From contig CASFUZ010000003.1 in the NCBI GenBank assembly GCA_949298065.1, positions 25,291-89,290 of the forward strand: DNA of 64,000 bases, given 5' to 3'. The stretch is from an uncultured Pseudomonadota bacterium (lineage in GTDB: Bacteria > Pseudomonadota > Alphaproteobacteria > RF32 > CAG-239). Below the pieces are notes generated by a model. That model did not search any database, had not been told where the DNA came from, and saw nothing but the letters and a program-made list of their open reading frames with translations. Shown here in pieces: positions 30,910 to 40,703 of this stretch. The position numbers were made by a program, and so were the translations under genes. The stretch's first letter is position 1, and each line of letters begins with the position of its first letter.

Positions 30910-31692
30910 CTAAAGTTTAATCTGAGTTATAGATTTTGCTAAGCCTGAGGCATCATCGGTTTCAACAAAAATCCCAAACAAAGTTCCCTTTCCTTTAGCC
31001 GGAACAAGACGACCGCCTGTATAACGGCGGTTAAGGCGGTTAATGGGCTCCTCAACTTCAAATCCCAGAACAGACTCATAATCGCCACACATTCCGACAT
31101 CCGTAATATAAGCCGTTCCTTTAGGCAAAACTCTGGCATCAGCCGTTGGCACATGCGTATGTGTGCCGGCAACAATGGAAACGCGTCCATCCAGAAAATA
31201 ACCCATAGCCAGTTTTTCAGAAGTTGCTTCAGCATGAATATCCACCAAGATAGCTGCAATATTTTTACCGAGAGTATAGTTTTTCAAAAGTTTTTCAATC
31301 ACTTGTGCCGGACAATCCACGGCTTCCATAAACAAGCGTCCTAAAACTTGTGCAACCAAGATTTTTTTGCCATTGGCAAGCTCAATTTCAATAGCGCCGC
31401 GTCCCGGCAAACCTTCGGGATAGTTCAACGGACGCACAATCTTTTTGCAGTCATTAAGAAAAGGAATAATGTCGCGTTGTTGCCAAACATGGTTTCCCGT
31501 AACCAGTGCGTCAACACCTTTATCCAAAAAGTCGCGGCAGATTCCGGGGCTGACCCCAAAACCATGAGCGGCATTTTCCACATTAACCACAATCACATCC
31601 GGCTTATAAATTTCACGAAGTTCAGGCAGATTATTAAGGACAGCTTCCCGACCGGCACGTCCGACCACATCACCACAATAAATGATTTTCAC
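30910..31692 (-). CDS. ymdB: TIGR00282/YmdB metallophosphoesterase
   Basis: GDVVG, NVENAAHGFG, TGNHVW, DIHAEATSEK, GTHTHVPTAD. Confidence 0.93.
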   Translation of the reverse strand: MKIIYCGDVVGRAGREAVLNNLPELREIYKPDVIVVNVENAAHGFGVSPGICRDFLDKGVDALVTGNHVWQQRDIIPFLNDCKKIVRPLNYPEGLPGRGAIEIELANGKKILVAQVLGRLFMEAVDCPAQVIEKLLKNYTLGKNIAAILVDIHAEATSEKLAMGYFLDGRVSIVAGTHTHVPTADARVLPKGTAYITDVGMCGDYESVLGFEVEEPINRLNRRYTGGRLVPAKGKGTLFGIFVETDDASGLAKSITQIKL

Positions 31693-31754
31693 TTAAACAA
31701 ACTTTCAAAATATTTTAAAACGCAAAAATCCCGCAACGGGATTTATAAAAAACT

Positions 31755-31913
31755 GGAGGGGCCGTCTCAGCCGTATAATGACATTCTTATCGAACCGCTT
31801 CTCACAAAGTGGGTGCCATTTAATTAAACCAGGGTTTAAACAGTGACAGCTCCCTAAATAAAAATGTTGGCTCGGAAGATCTGCGGAAACTACGTACCGG
31901 ACAGCTCGCCTCC
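31755..31913 (-). ncRNA. ssrS: 6S RNA
   Basis: Downstream of zapA; complementary ends GGAGG/CCTCC; GGGAGCTGTC..CCCTGG..GGCACCCAC core as in alphaproteobacterial 6S; ends approximate. Confidence 0.8.
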
Positions 31914-31925
31914 TATGCCACTAGC

Positions 31926-32279
31926 TTACAATGATTCTATTTGATTTGCAACAAAATTTATCTGCTTTGTAATCTTATCCAGAGCCTCAGCCGTAAGCTT
32001 ATCTGTTTCAAGGAGTCGCTGCTTATCAAAGGCCGCGGGCGAGGGGGATTGAACAGCTGTCGGAGCCGGATTTCCCTTACGCAATTCGGACAATTCGTCA
32101 GCCAAAAGCAACCCGACCATTGCAAGCAGCATATTTTCATTGACCTGACCGCTAGCTTCAGTTAAGAGCTTTGCTTTTTCATCCAGCATACGAGCAAGCT
32201 GTAAGATGCGAACTTCCTGCCCGTCTTCACAGGCAACGGCATATTCGCGAGAATTAATTGTTATTGTTACTTGAGCCAT
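31926..32279 (-). CDS. zapA: Cell division protein ZapA
   Basis: VTITINSREYAVACEDGQE, LLAMVGLLLADEL. Confidence 0.92.
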   Translation of the reverse strand: MAQVTITINSREYAVACEDGQEVRILQLARMLDEKAKLLTEASGQVNENMLLAMVGLLLADELSELRKGNPAPTAVQSPSPAAFDKQRLLETDKLTAEALDKITKQINFVANQIESL

Positions 32280-32523
32280 TGTTTTCCAATACGTTGTCCA
32301 GTTTCAAAATAATCTCGTCCATTTGTCCGATGATGTTGGCTGAATTTTCTTTCAAAAAAGCAATTTTATCTTCGCTTTCTTTGAGTTTGCCTTCACAATT
32401 TTTCTTTTGCAAAGCAAGCTCTTCTTTTTTTAAGGAAAGTGAAGAACTAAGCTTGTCCAAAGCCTCGCAGAGAGAGGCAAGAGCATCTGCCGTCATCGGC
32501 AAATCGGAATTTTTAACGTCCAT
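32254..32523 (-). CDS. Coiled-coil hypothetical protein upstream of zapA
   Basis: Heptad-rich; likely start MDVKNS. Confidence 0.6.
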   Translation of the reverse strand: MDVKNSDLPMTADALASLCEALDKLSSSLSLKKEELALQKKNCEGKLKESEDKIAFLKENSANIIGQMDEIILKLDNVLENNGSSNNNN

Positions 32524-32615
32524 AATCAAAATTCTCTTTCTTTTACAAGATTCTTTAAGTATATTGAAGAGCATATTATAACATAAAAAATCAATTACAA
32601 GCGGCAAACGAAATT

Positions 32616-33158
32616 ATGCAAAAGTTTATTATCACAATCACCGAAGAAAATGATGAGCTGATTCAAGATTCTGCCATAGAATGTTATCTTTTAACATCAA
32701 GTTTGAGCAAGAAGTTTATGTCAGATTTTGCTAAAAAGGCGGCCCGAGCTCAAAAATTAGTCTTAGTGCAAGGTGAAAATGCACCGGCTTTGAGCAAAGA
32801 ATTGGGACTGGATGGTTTTGTTTTGGATGTATCTCACGCAGAAAAAATAAAAGCCGAATTTGAAAAAGCCAAAAAAGAAGCAGGAAGCGATAAAGTTTCG
32901 GGGCTGATTGTGCGCAACCGCCGCCACGAGGCGATGATAGCCAGCGAATGCGAGCCGGATTTCATAATCTTTCAGGCTTGGAAAGAAGGACTGGAACATA
33001 CCCGAGAACTTGTATCTTGGTATTCTGAGTTGTTTTTAATTCAATCTGCGATTCTCTGTGAAGAAGGCGTGGATTTTGAAAACTTAAATGCCGATATTGT
33101 AATATTAAATGACAAGTCATATAAGATTTTTGTTGCTAAAAAGCAAAGATTAGATTAA
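32616..33158 (+). CDS. Thiamine phosphate synthase-like protein (degenerate TIM barrel)
   Basis: RHEAMIASE..PDFI..F, ELVSWYSELFLI; adjacent to efp as in other alphaproteobacteria. Confidence 0.6.
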   Translation: MQKFIITITEENDELIQDSAIECYLLTSSLSKKFMSDFAKKAARAQKLVLVQGENAPALSKELGLDGFVLDVSHAEKIKAEFEKAKKEAGSDKVSGLIVRNRRHEAMIASECEPDFIIFQAWKEGLEHTRELVSWYSELFLIQSAILCEEGVDFENLNADIVILNDKSYKIFVAKKQRLD

Positions 33159-33207
33159 CTTGCCCTTAATCATTTCATTTCAAAAATTGTAAATATGGAG
33201 AATAAAT

Positions 33208-33771
33208 ATGAAACAGTTAGCAGGATCAATCAGAATTGGTTGGGTAATTGAATACAAAGGTAAACCCTGGACAGTCGTAAAGGCTATGCATATTAAACCG
33301 GGTAAAGGCGGTGCATTTATGCAAGTTGAACTGAAGTCTGTTGAGGAAGGCACCAAAACCAACGAACGCTTCAGAACGGAAGATAATGTGGAAAAATTGA
33401 TGGTTGAAGAGAGAGATTGCCAATTCTTGTTTGAAGACGGCAATGGTTTGACTTTTATGGAGAGCGATACTTTTGACCAATTCACAATGCCTGCGGATAT
33501 CTTAGGCGATTCTCGTCCGTTTATGACCGAAGGTATGGCTGTTCATGTAGACTTCATTGAAGGCCGTCCGATTTCTGTTGAACTCCCCTTGCAAGTAACT
33601 TGCGAAGTTGTTGAAACAGAGCCAGTTGTTAAAGGTCAAACCGCAGCATCTTCATACAAACCGGCTATTTTGGACAATGGTGTTCGTTGTATGGTTCCGC
33701 CTTTCATTAATACCGGCGACAAGATTGTTGTTGGTACCGCAGAAGCAAACTATGTAGAGAGAGCAAAATAA
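33208..33771 (+). CDS. efp: Elongation factor P
   Basis: KPGKGGAF, TNERFR, VPPFINTGD. Confidence 0.97.
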   Translation: MKQLAGSIRIGWVIEYKGKPWTVVKAMHIKPGKGGAFMQVELKSVEEGTKTNERFRTEDNVEKLMVEERDCQFLFEDGNGLTFMESDTFDQFTMPADILGDSRPFMTEGMAVHVDFIEGRPISVELPLQVTCEVVETEPVVKGQTAASSYKPAILDNGVRCMVPPFINTGDKIVVGTAEANYVERAK

Positions 33772-33772
33772 C

Positions 33773-34573
33773 ATGTCATATCTTTCACCTTTTATGACGC
33801 AGTTAATCTCTGCCGTGAAGAAAGCATCGGGTTCTTTGAACCGCGACTTCAGCGAGATAGAACAACTGCAATCCTCGGTCAAAGGGTATAAAGAATTTGT
33901 TGTTATGTCCTACGGCAAGGTAGAACGTGCGCTTAGAACAGAGTTGGCAAAAATCAGACCGGATTATCCGATAGCCATAGATGGTTTGCCCAAACCACAA
34001 GGGCCATATTTTATTGTTTCGCCGATTGACGGCTTGAGCAATTTTGCTCATGGCGTTGCGCATTTTGCCGTTTCGGTAGCTGTTTTTGAAAATGACACCA
34101 TCACGGCGGCAGTGGTTTACAATCCGGCCTCAGATGAAATGTACTTTGCCGAGAAAGGTAAGGGAGCTTATAAGGAAGGCTTCCGCAATCACGAAAGACT
34201 TCGTGTTTCGGCGCGCAAGGATGTTGCGGATGCCCTCATTTCCACATTGGTAAATTATAAAAAGACAGCCTCCGAATATCTGAAGTTACATGAAAAAATT
34301 GTCAAGGCTACAGACAATGTTCGTGTCTTGGGTGCCGTTTCTTTGGATTTGGCCTATGTTGCTGCCGGTAAGCTGGATGGCACGGTAAGCTTGAGCAACA
34401 AATTTTCGGAGATTGCTGCCGGTCTGCTCTTGGTAAAAGAGGCGGGCGGATATATTTTGGATATAAATCAGAAGGATAACCGCACAGAACAGTTGAATCT
34501 TGTTTTGGAGAGCGGTAACCTGATAGCAACCAACGCCGAACTATCCAAAAAGGTATATGACTTGGTGCACTGA
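33773..34573 (+). CDS. suhB: Inositol monophosphatase family
   Basis: PIDGLSNFAHG, GAVSLDLAYVAAG, AAGLLLVKEAGG. Confidence 0.88.
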   Translation: MSYLSPFMTQLISAVKKASGSLNRDFSEIEQLQSSVKGYKEFVVMSYGKVERALRTELAKIRPDYPIAIDGLPKPQGPYFIVSPIDGLSNFAHGVAHFAVSVAVFENDTITAAVVYNPASDEMYFAEKGKGAYKEGFRNHERLRVSARKDVADALISTLVNYKKTASEYLKLHEKIVKATDNVRVLGAVSLDLAYVAAGKLDGTVSLSNKFSEIAAGLLLVKEAGGYILDINQKDNRTEQLNLVLESGNLIATNAELSKKVYDLVH

Positions 34574-34599
34574 TTTAATTTTTATTATGGGGAAGAGCA

Positions 34600-35634
34600 A
34601 TGCGTAAAATTTTGGTTTTGGCAGTAAGCGTTCTGTTTGGGAGTGCAGTTGCAGGACAAACGTTTGCCGCAGATGATGTTTATGTTGACCTTTCGGTTCT
34701 GGATGAAATCGGTGGTAATAATTCATCTTCAGCTTACGGAAAACCGGAGCCGTTCTTCCCCGTAATCAGAAATACGCCGCAGTTTCCGATAGTAAAAAAA
34801 GCGGAGCCCAAGGCAACGAAAGTCAGCAAGAAGTCAGAAAAAAAGAAAAAAGTAAAGAAAGTTAGTGCGCAAAAGAAAGTTGAAAAGAAGGCGGAGAAGG
34901 TTGTAATACCCGAAAAGCCGAAAGAGATAATGTCGGAGCCTGTTAAGCAGGAGGTTGTACCGGTACAAGAAAATACGCAACCCAAGGAAAAACAAGCGGA
35001 AGAATCTTTAGCTTTGCAACCCCAAACATCAACTGAAAGTAAGGAAGACGTAAAACTTCCTGAAGCAAAGGCTACGCCGCAGGCAGAAGTTGCCCCTCAA
35101 GCGGAAACACAGGCTATGCCGTTTAAGGTTGAAAAAACGACTCCGGCTGAAACAATAACTCCGGCTCCGGTTAAGGAGGTTGTTGCTGAGCCTGTAGAAG
35201 AAGCCAAAGAACCGACAGCCGAAAATGAGCAACCAGAAGTTCAACAAACACAGTCGGCGGAAGAAAAAACGGTTGAACCATTGGTTCCCGTAGCTGAAAT
35301 TGCGGCTCCTGAGCCAAAGACAAATACAGAGCAAGTAAAGAGAGAAATCATCTTTGCCGAAGGCTCGTATGAGTTGGATGATGTGGCTAAAGAAAAGATT
35401 GATGCCATAATAGCATCTTTTGATGATGCCAAAGCTAACAAAATCGCCATTATGGCTTATAACTATGACAATGGCGAAGACGTTTTCCGTAAAAAAAGGC
35501 AGAGCTTAAACCGTGCGATAGAAATTCGTTCATATCTTTTGAATAAAGGACATAAGAATTTCAGCATCAAAGTCATCAATATTACGGATGATGCAGCTCA
35601 AGGAAATGTTGTTGAAATAGACGAGCTTAAATAA
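34600..35634 (+). CDS. Secreted protein with Lys/Glu/Pro-rich linker and OmpA-like C-terminal domain
   Basis: Signal peptide; IIFAEGSYEL, SLNRAIEIRSYL. Confidence 0.7.
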   Translation: MRKILVLAVSVLFGSAVAGQTFAADDVYVDLSVLDEIGGNNSSSAYGKPEPFFPVIRNTPQFPIVKKAEPKATKVSKKSEKKKKVKKVSAQKKVEKKAEKVVIPEKPKEIMSEPVKQEVVPVQENTQPKEKQAEESLALQPQTSTESKEDVKLPEAKATPQAEVAPQAETQAMPFKVEKTTPAETITPAPVKEVVAEPVEEAKEPTAENEQPEVQQTQSAEEKTVEPLVPVAEIAAPEPKTNTEQVKREIIFAEGSYELDDVAKEKIDAIIASFDDAKANKIAIMAYNYDNGEDVFRKKRQSLNRAIEIRSYLLNKGHKNFSIKVINITDDAAQGNVVEIDELK

Positions 35635-35736
35635 AAAATTTAAAAATATGTAAATTAATGCTTGCCTAATTTGTAACTCTAATGTATAAGAGCACTAAAT
35701 TTATGTGTCATAAATTCAGTTTTTGGAGAAAATAAG

Positions 35737-35976
35737 ATGAAAAAAGGTATTCATCCTGATTATCACGAGATTACATATGTGATGACAGATGGTTCAGAAT
35801 TCAAAACCAGATCTACATGGGGAAAAGCTGGTGATAAAATGACTTTGGAATTGGATCCGAAGTCTCATCCGGCATGGACAGGTATTCACCGTATGGTAGA
35901 CAGCGGCGGTCAAGTATCAAAGTTCAACAGCAAGTTTGCTGCATTTGGCTTGAAGCCGGATACTTCCGTAAAATAA
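35737..35976 (+). CDS. rpmE: 50S ribosomal protein L31
   Basis: [22 protein letters not shown]. Confidence 0.97.
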   Translation: MKKGIHPDYHEITYVMTDGSEFKTRSTWGKAGDKMTLELDPKSHPAWTGIHRMVDSGGQVSKFNSKFAAFGLKPDTSVK

Positions 35977-36041
35977 TTTTACGATGGTTTAATCTTTATT
36001 AACCTGCGATTGAGTATAATCAACGCAGGTTTTTTTATATC

Positions 36042-37655
36042 TTGGCGAGAAGAAGCATGGTCAAAATATCGCATTATGAAATATATACAGACAGAGGAGA
36101 TGGCTGGAAATTGGAGGATCGCTTTTCAGGCGATCAGCGATATGAAGCCATGAGAGTGGCAAAAGAGCGAGAAGCAGAAAAAGTTTCAGTAAAATTGCTA
36201 AAAGAAGATTTTGATGTTCAAGACAATTCCTACATAGAAACGGTAGAATATGTGAGTCTTGCAGGGAAAAAGGACAAGACGGGATCAGATTATTCTCTGA
36301 GGGGAGGTTTATCAGCGCCCAAGAGTGGGGAATATAACATAGAAACGCAAGAGCCGGCAGGTCCGGTAAATGGTCAAAATGTAGTTACGGCAATTTTTAA
36401 ACTTGTCACCATAATAGTTTTCTGCTTAATTTCGGCCAATATATTGGTAACATTATTGATACCGGTTATAGAACTCACGGTTTCGGATAAATTACGCCAA
36501 ACCGTAATGTTTTTAACTTTTTTCATTTTGTTTTTGTTATTTGCCGTTCCGTTGGTCTTAAAGAAAGTACCCTGGTATGTTTTTTCGTCAAACAAAGTTC
36601 GTAGGAAAAAAGTAATATACGAGAAAAAATTTTTTGATAAAGCCGATGCGATTATTCAGATTTATAATTTAAACGACAATTATGAGCCGACATTAGCGCC
36701 GGCTTTTCCGGAAGCACCGATAGAATTTAAACGAAAGATTGTAGATTATATGAGTCAAATAATCTCCAATCTGGATGGAGAGGTAAACATAAGCGATGGC
36801 TTCAATCGGTTAGGACTAAAACTTATCGTATATGGAGGTGTATTAGAATTATCACGCTATAATGGACTGAGCATAACACACGCCAACTCTATGTTACACG
36901 AAGCCTTTGGCATATTAGACGGGGATATAGCCGATGTAGAAGCCTTTTATGAAGCAAAGAAGAGCTATAAGGATAATAAAGTAGCAATATTTTTAACGGG
37001 AGTAGGAGCGTATCTGATGGCGCAACTTTTGGCAGATCGTCCATTGGATACGCATATCTTAAAGAAGACATTTTCCAAATGGGAAAGTTTAAATAAATAT
37101 AAAGTATCAGAGAATCAAAAAAGCACAAGGAAAGAGAAGGAGCCTCAAGAAGAGGATATATTACTGAAATGTTTTGTCGGTATAGAGAACAGGATTCGGT
37201 TTTATGAAAATGATCAACCCGGAGATAAAGAAGATTTTTCGCGTGTTAAGTCTGAGGTAAGCAATATTATTGCTGATTTGTCAGACAAATATGACGGAGA
37301 GAATGTAAAAGAGGATAACTACATTACCTCAATAGAATTTACCAAACTCAATCAAGCCGCTCACTTTGCCACAGAATTTTTTAAGAACATATTGGTATAT
37401 GAAGACAAATTAAACAATACGAATTTAATTGTTGCAGATAAGTGCTGTATATTGTCGTTAACTGTAGATCAAGAAGAAAAAATGGCACTATTTTTGCAAG
37501 ATGTACTAGAGCAGACCTATGATAACGAAATAGTAGTTAATGAAGAAGTCAAGAAGCAGCTTCAGGGCGAAAAATATAACTTTGAGTTATTAGGGGAAAA
37601 AGTTTTAAACAAAACAGGTGCTACAGAAACTTTATATAAGCTGATGGAACAATAG
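36042..37655 (+). CDS. Hypothetical membrane protein
   Basis: 537-aa ORF, two TM segments; TTG start uncertain. Confidence 0.7.
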   Translation: MARRSMVKISHYEIYTDRGDGWKLEDRFSGDQRYEAMRVAKEREAEKVSVKLLKEDFDVQDNSYIETVEYVSLAGKKDKTGSDYSLRGGLSAPKSGEYNIETQEPAGPVNGQNVVTAIFKLVTIIVFCLISANILVTLLIPVIELTVSDKLRQTVMFLTFFILFLLFAVPLVLKKVPWYVFSSNKVRRKKVIYEKKFFDKADAIIQIYNLNDNYEPTLAPAFPEAPIEFKRKIVDYMSQIISNLDGEVNISDGFNRLGLKLIVYGGVLELSRYNGLSITHANSMLHEAFGILDGDIADVEAFYEAKKSYKDNKVAIFLTGVGAYLMAQLLADRPLDTHILKKTFSKWESLNKYKVSENQKSTRKEKEPQEEDILLKCFVGIENRIRFYENDQPGDKEDFSRVKSEVSNIIADLSDKYDGENVKEDNYITSIEFTKLNQAAHFATEFFKNILVYEDKLNNTNLIVADKCCILSLTVDQEEKMALFLQDVLEQTYDNEIVVNEEVKKQLQGEKYNFELLGEKVLNKTGATETLYKLMEQ

Positions 37656-37725
37656 TTCATTAAAATGTTGTTATAAAGCATTTTTTATGATAATATAGAA
37701 GATGGGCTAGTAAGGAGTAAAACAG

Positions 37726-38559
37726 ATGGCGACAACCGTTAGTACGACAATACCGGCAGACAGCAGTAACTTAGGTTACTGGGAAAAAACCGTTACCGAT
37801 ATGAATAATATTGACGAAACCTTTGCCAATGCGCGAGATTTAGGGTACACACGCTTAAATTATGCGCGAGTAAGTGTTGTTGGCAAATTGTCACAATACT
37901 ATGATAGCGTAGATATGTACAAAATTCAACTTCAGTCAAACGGTGTTGTTTCGTTATCAATCAAGGGCGGAAATGCCGAAAATGAAAAAGTTTTGGACTT
38001 ATCAAAATATGAACAAAAATTGGATGAATTGAAGCAAATTACCGATCCTGAGGGATGGGCAAAAGAACAAGAAGAAAAGTTAGAAGCAGAAAAGAACAAA
38101 GACTGGATGGCTGAGCTTGCTCCGGGATTAAAGGTTGAGGTCTATACGCTGAAAAAGAACGGACAAGAAGTCCTAATCGGAGATAGCTCCGCAGAGAAAG
38201 GAACAGAAGTCAGAGATAATATTGATGCTATGTTCAGCGGTGAATATAAGGCCCAAAAAGATACAATGCTTTATATCAAAATCACACGAGATGATACGGT
38301 TGGTAGTAATGATGAGTTAGCCTATGTTATGCAAATACAGCAAGGTGATAAGTATGTTCACGACTATGTTTCAAAAGAGAGCGTATCAAGTGATACAAAA
38401 AATAAGACAGAAACAAAAATTCCGTTGACACAAACCAGTGCGAGCGGAAGTTTATCAAGTGTAAACGCCTTACAAATACAGGCAACAAAATATGAGGCAA
38501 CGGCTCAAATGTTGCAGGTTGGATATCTAAATATGGCAAATATTTTAAGCAAGAAATAA
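37726..38559 (+). CDS. Hypothetical protein
   Basis: AGGAG RBS, 277 aa. Confidence 0.7.
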   Translation: MATTVSTTIPADSSNLGYWEKTVTDMNNIDETFANARDLGYTRLNYARVSVVGKLSQYYDSVDMYKIQLQSNGVVSLSIKGGNAENEKVLDLSKYEQKLDELKQITDPEGWAKEQEEKLEAEKNKDWMAELAPGLKVEVYTLKKNGQEVLIGDSSAEKGTEVRDNIDAMFSGEYKAQKDTMLYIKITRDDTVGSNDELAYVMQIQQGDKYVHDYVSKESVSSDTKNKTETKIPLTQTSASGSLSSVNALQIQATKYEATAQMLQVGYLNMANILSKK

Positions 38560-38659
38560 TTAATTTAGCAAAAAAAACCTTGTATAATACCTAAACATTC
38601 TCTATTCTCTGAAATAGAGAATGTTTTTTATGTAAGAATAATAAGAAAGGATAATTAAG

Positions 38660-39421
38660 ATGACAGCGCCTTTGATGCCGAAAGCAACAGCCGTATGGTT
38701 GGTTGAAAATACAACCTTGACATTTCGTCAGATTGCTGAGTTTTGCGAACTCCATGAGCTTGAAATTCAGGCTATTGCAGACGGTGATGTGGCTTTTAAT
38801 ATTTTGGGAGTAAGCCCCATTGAAACAGGACAGTTAACGATTGAAGAAATCAGACGTTGCGAGGCAGATAGAAAAGCTCTGCTTCAAGCAAACGAGCTTG
38901 AGCGCAATGTTAAGGCAAAGAATGCCAAGGCCAAGAAGATGCTCTCACCATCTCAACGGAGTGATAAGCCTTGTGCTGTTTTATGGATTTTAAAGAATTG
39001 CCCCGAAATTATCGATTCGCAAATCTGCAAATTAATTGGAACCACCAAACCGACAATTGAGGCTATCCGCACGGGAAGCCATAAAGATATGGCAAATATC
39101 CGAGCCAAGAATCCGGTTGCTGTAGGGTTATGCTCAGAGAAGGACTTGGATAAAGCAATCAGCATTTCCAAGGCTCGTACAGAGAAAAAAGAAAAACCGG
39201 TAAAGGTTAAGAAAGAAAAGAAAGTAAAAGAGCCGAAAGCAAAGAAAGAGAAGAAAACAGTTAAGAAAGAGAAAAAAGCTTCGGCCAAGAAAGAAAAAAC
39301 AGCTAAAGCCGTGAAAGAAAAGAAAGTAAAAGAGCCGAAAATAAAAAAAGAGAAAAAAGCAAAAGAGGCGAAAGCTAAAAAAGAAAAGAAAGCCTCAGCT
39401 AAAAAAGCCCAAAAGGCATAA
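38660..39421 (+). CDS. trcR: DUF1013 RNA-polymerase-associated regulator TrcR with Lys-rich tail
   Basis: PLMPKATAVWLVENTTLTFRQIAEFC, LIGTTKPTI, PVAVGLCSE. Confidence 0.88.
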   Translation: MTAPLMPKATAVWLVENTTLTFRQIAEFCELHELEIQAIADGDVAFNILGVSPIETGQLTIEEIRRCEADRKALLQANELERNVKAKNAKAKKMLSPSQRSDKPCAVLWILKNCPEIIDSQICKLIGTTKPTIEAIRTGSHKDMANIRAKNPVAVGLCSEKDLDKAISISKARTEKKEKPVKVKKEKKVKEPKAKKEKKTVKKEKKASAKKEKTAKAVKEKKVKEPKIKKEKKAKEAKAKKEKKASAKKAQKA

Positions 39422-39424
39422 ATA

Positions 39425-39453
39425 AAAAAGCCTCCCATTGCGGAGGCTTTTTT
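39425..39453. terminator. Bidirectional terminator
   Basis: aaaaagcctcc/ggaggctttttt. Confidence 0.8.
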
Positions 39454-39958
39454 ATTCTGATGTAGGATATAGGCCAAATTTATCCGTAACAACTAATCTG
39501 GCATTGGTGCTCATTTTCATCAGGTCAAATGCCACGCGCGGATTTTCGGGAAGTTTGCCGCTTTTGGCAATCTCTTTTAAGTCATTAATATAGTCGTCAT
39601 ATTTCTGTTTATATTCGGGAATTTGGGCTAATTCGTTTTTATCATATTCTATATAGGGACTTTCAGTTTGTTGAGGCAAAGTAGCTTGCTCAACTGTTTT
39701 TGCAACATCTTGCTCAGGTGCTTTAATAACTTTTATAACCTGCTCAGGCTCAGAATTTGGGCGAATGGCTTTAGGTAAAGGAGCTTCCGGATAATAATTA
39801 AATTCGGGCAACTTTTCCGTATAATCCAAATCTTCTTCGGGAATAAAAAAATTAGGCTTGAGTTGCTTGCGTACGTAGCGCCCGGGCTGAGCAGCCTGAG
39901 CCAGCAAACTAAAAGCAAAAATGGCACTTACAGCCGAAAAAAGAAATAGTTTTTGCAT
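39452..39958 (-). CDS. Hypothetical secreted protein
   Basis: Signal peptide ending LAQA. Confidence 0.7.
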   Translation of the reverse strand: MQKLFLFSAVSAIFAFSLLAQAAQPGRYVRKQLKPNFFIPEEDLDYTEKLPEFNYYPEAPLPKAIRPNSEPEQVIKVIKAPEQDVAKTVEQATLPQQTESPYIEYDKNELAQIPEYKQKYDDYINDLKEIAKSGKLPENPRVAFDLMKMSTNARLVVTDKFGLYPTSE

Positions 39959-40001
39959 AATCTCAACTCTATGTTAAGAAATCTCATATAACATATCTTA
40001 C

Positions 40002-40703
40002 ATGAAAAAACTTTTTTTTATATTAACATTTTTAGTCTTGATGCTCTGCAACGTTCAAAAATCAGTTGCTGCGGGGACTGATGTTTGTGCCTCATTAACA
40101 ACCATACCCGAAATAGAGTTTACCACATCTTATGGTAAACTAAAATATGATTATAGCTACAATCTGCAAGAGCTCACAAATTTAGGAAGAAAGTATAATA
40201 TTGTAGAGCAGGGGCTTTTTGCTTCAGGTTTGGCGATTGTAAGTGTTAATTGGGAAGTATCATTAAACACCATCAGCAAAATAATAGATGATACGAATAT
40301 TTGTGTTGTTCCGACCAGTTTAAATGTTTTTATTGGTTATCAAGATCCAACCATATACATATCCAACCAGCTTCAAGCAGGGAGTTGCGAATATAATGTG
40401 GTGGTTAGACATGAACAAACACATCATCAGATAAACGCAGCAGCACTGGAATATTTTATTCCCTCCTTGCGTCGTTCGGTTGAAAAAATAGCAAAAGATA
40501 TTAAACCCTACAAAATAGATACACCGTCAAAAATAGATGAGGCTACGAATAAACTGACGGAAATGTATATTGCACAAATAGAGCCGTTAATAAATCATTT
40601 TAAAAACGAACTGATGCAAGAACAAAGCAAATTAGATAACCAAATGAATTATGCTATGGAAAGCAACCTCTGCCGCCGTTTTAATGCGAAGCAGAAACGC
40701 TAG
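40002..40703 (+). CDS. Secreted hypothetical protein with HEXXH-like motif (HEQTH)
   Basis: Signal peptide; VVRHEQTHHQIN. Confidence 0.65.
   Translation: MKKLFFILTFLVLMLCNVQKSVAAGTDVCASLTTIPEIEFTTSYGKLKYDYSYNLQELTNLGRKYNIVEQGLFASGLAIVSVNWEVSLNTISKIIDDTNICVVPTSLNVFIGYQDPTIYISNQLQAGSCEYNVVVRHEQTHHQINAAALEYFIPSLRRSVEKIAKDIKPYKIDTPSKIDEATNKLTEMYIAQIEPLINHFKNELMQEQSKLDNQMNYAMESNLCRRFNAKQKR

Noticed and set aside
31348-31827. 159-aa minus-strand ORF
   Set aside because: Overlaps 6S RNA and ymdB in another frame
38953-39492. Phe-rich 179-aa minus ORF resembling a membrane protein
   Set aside because: Antisense shadow of the Lys-rich trcR tail
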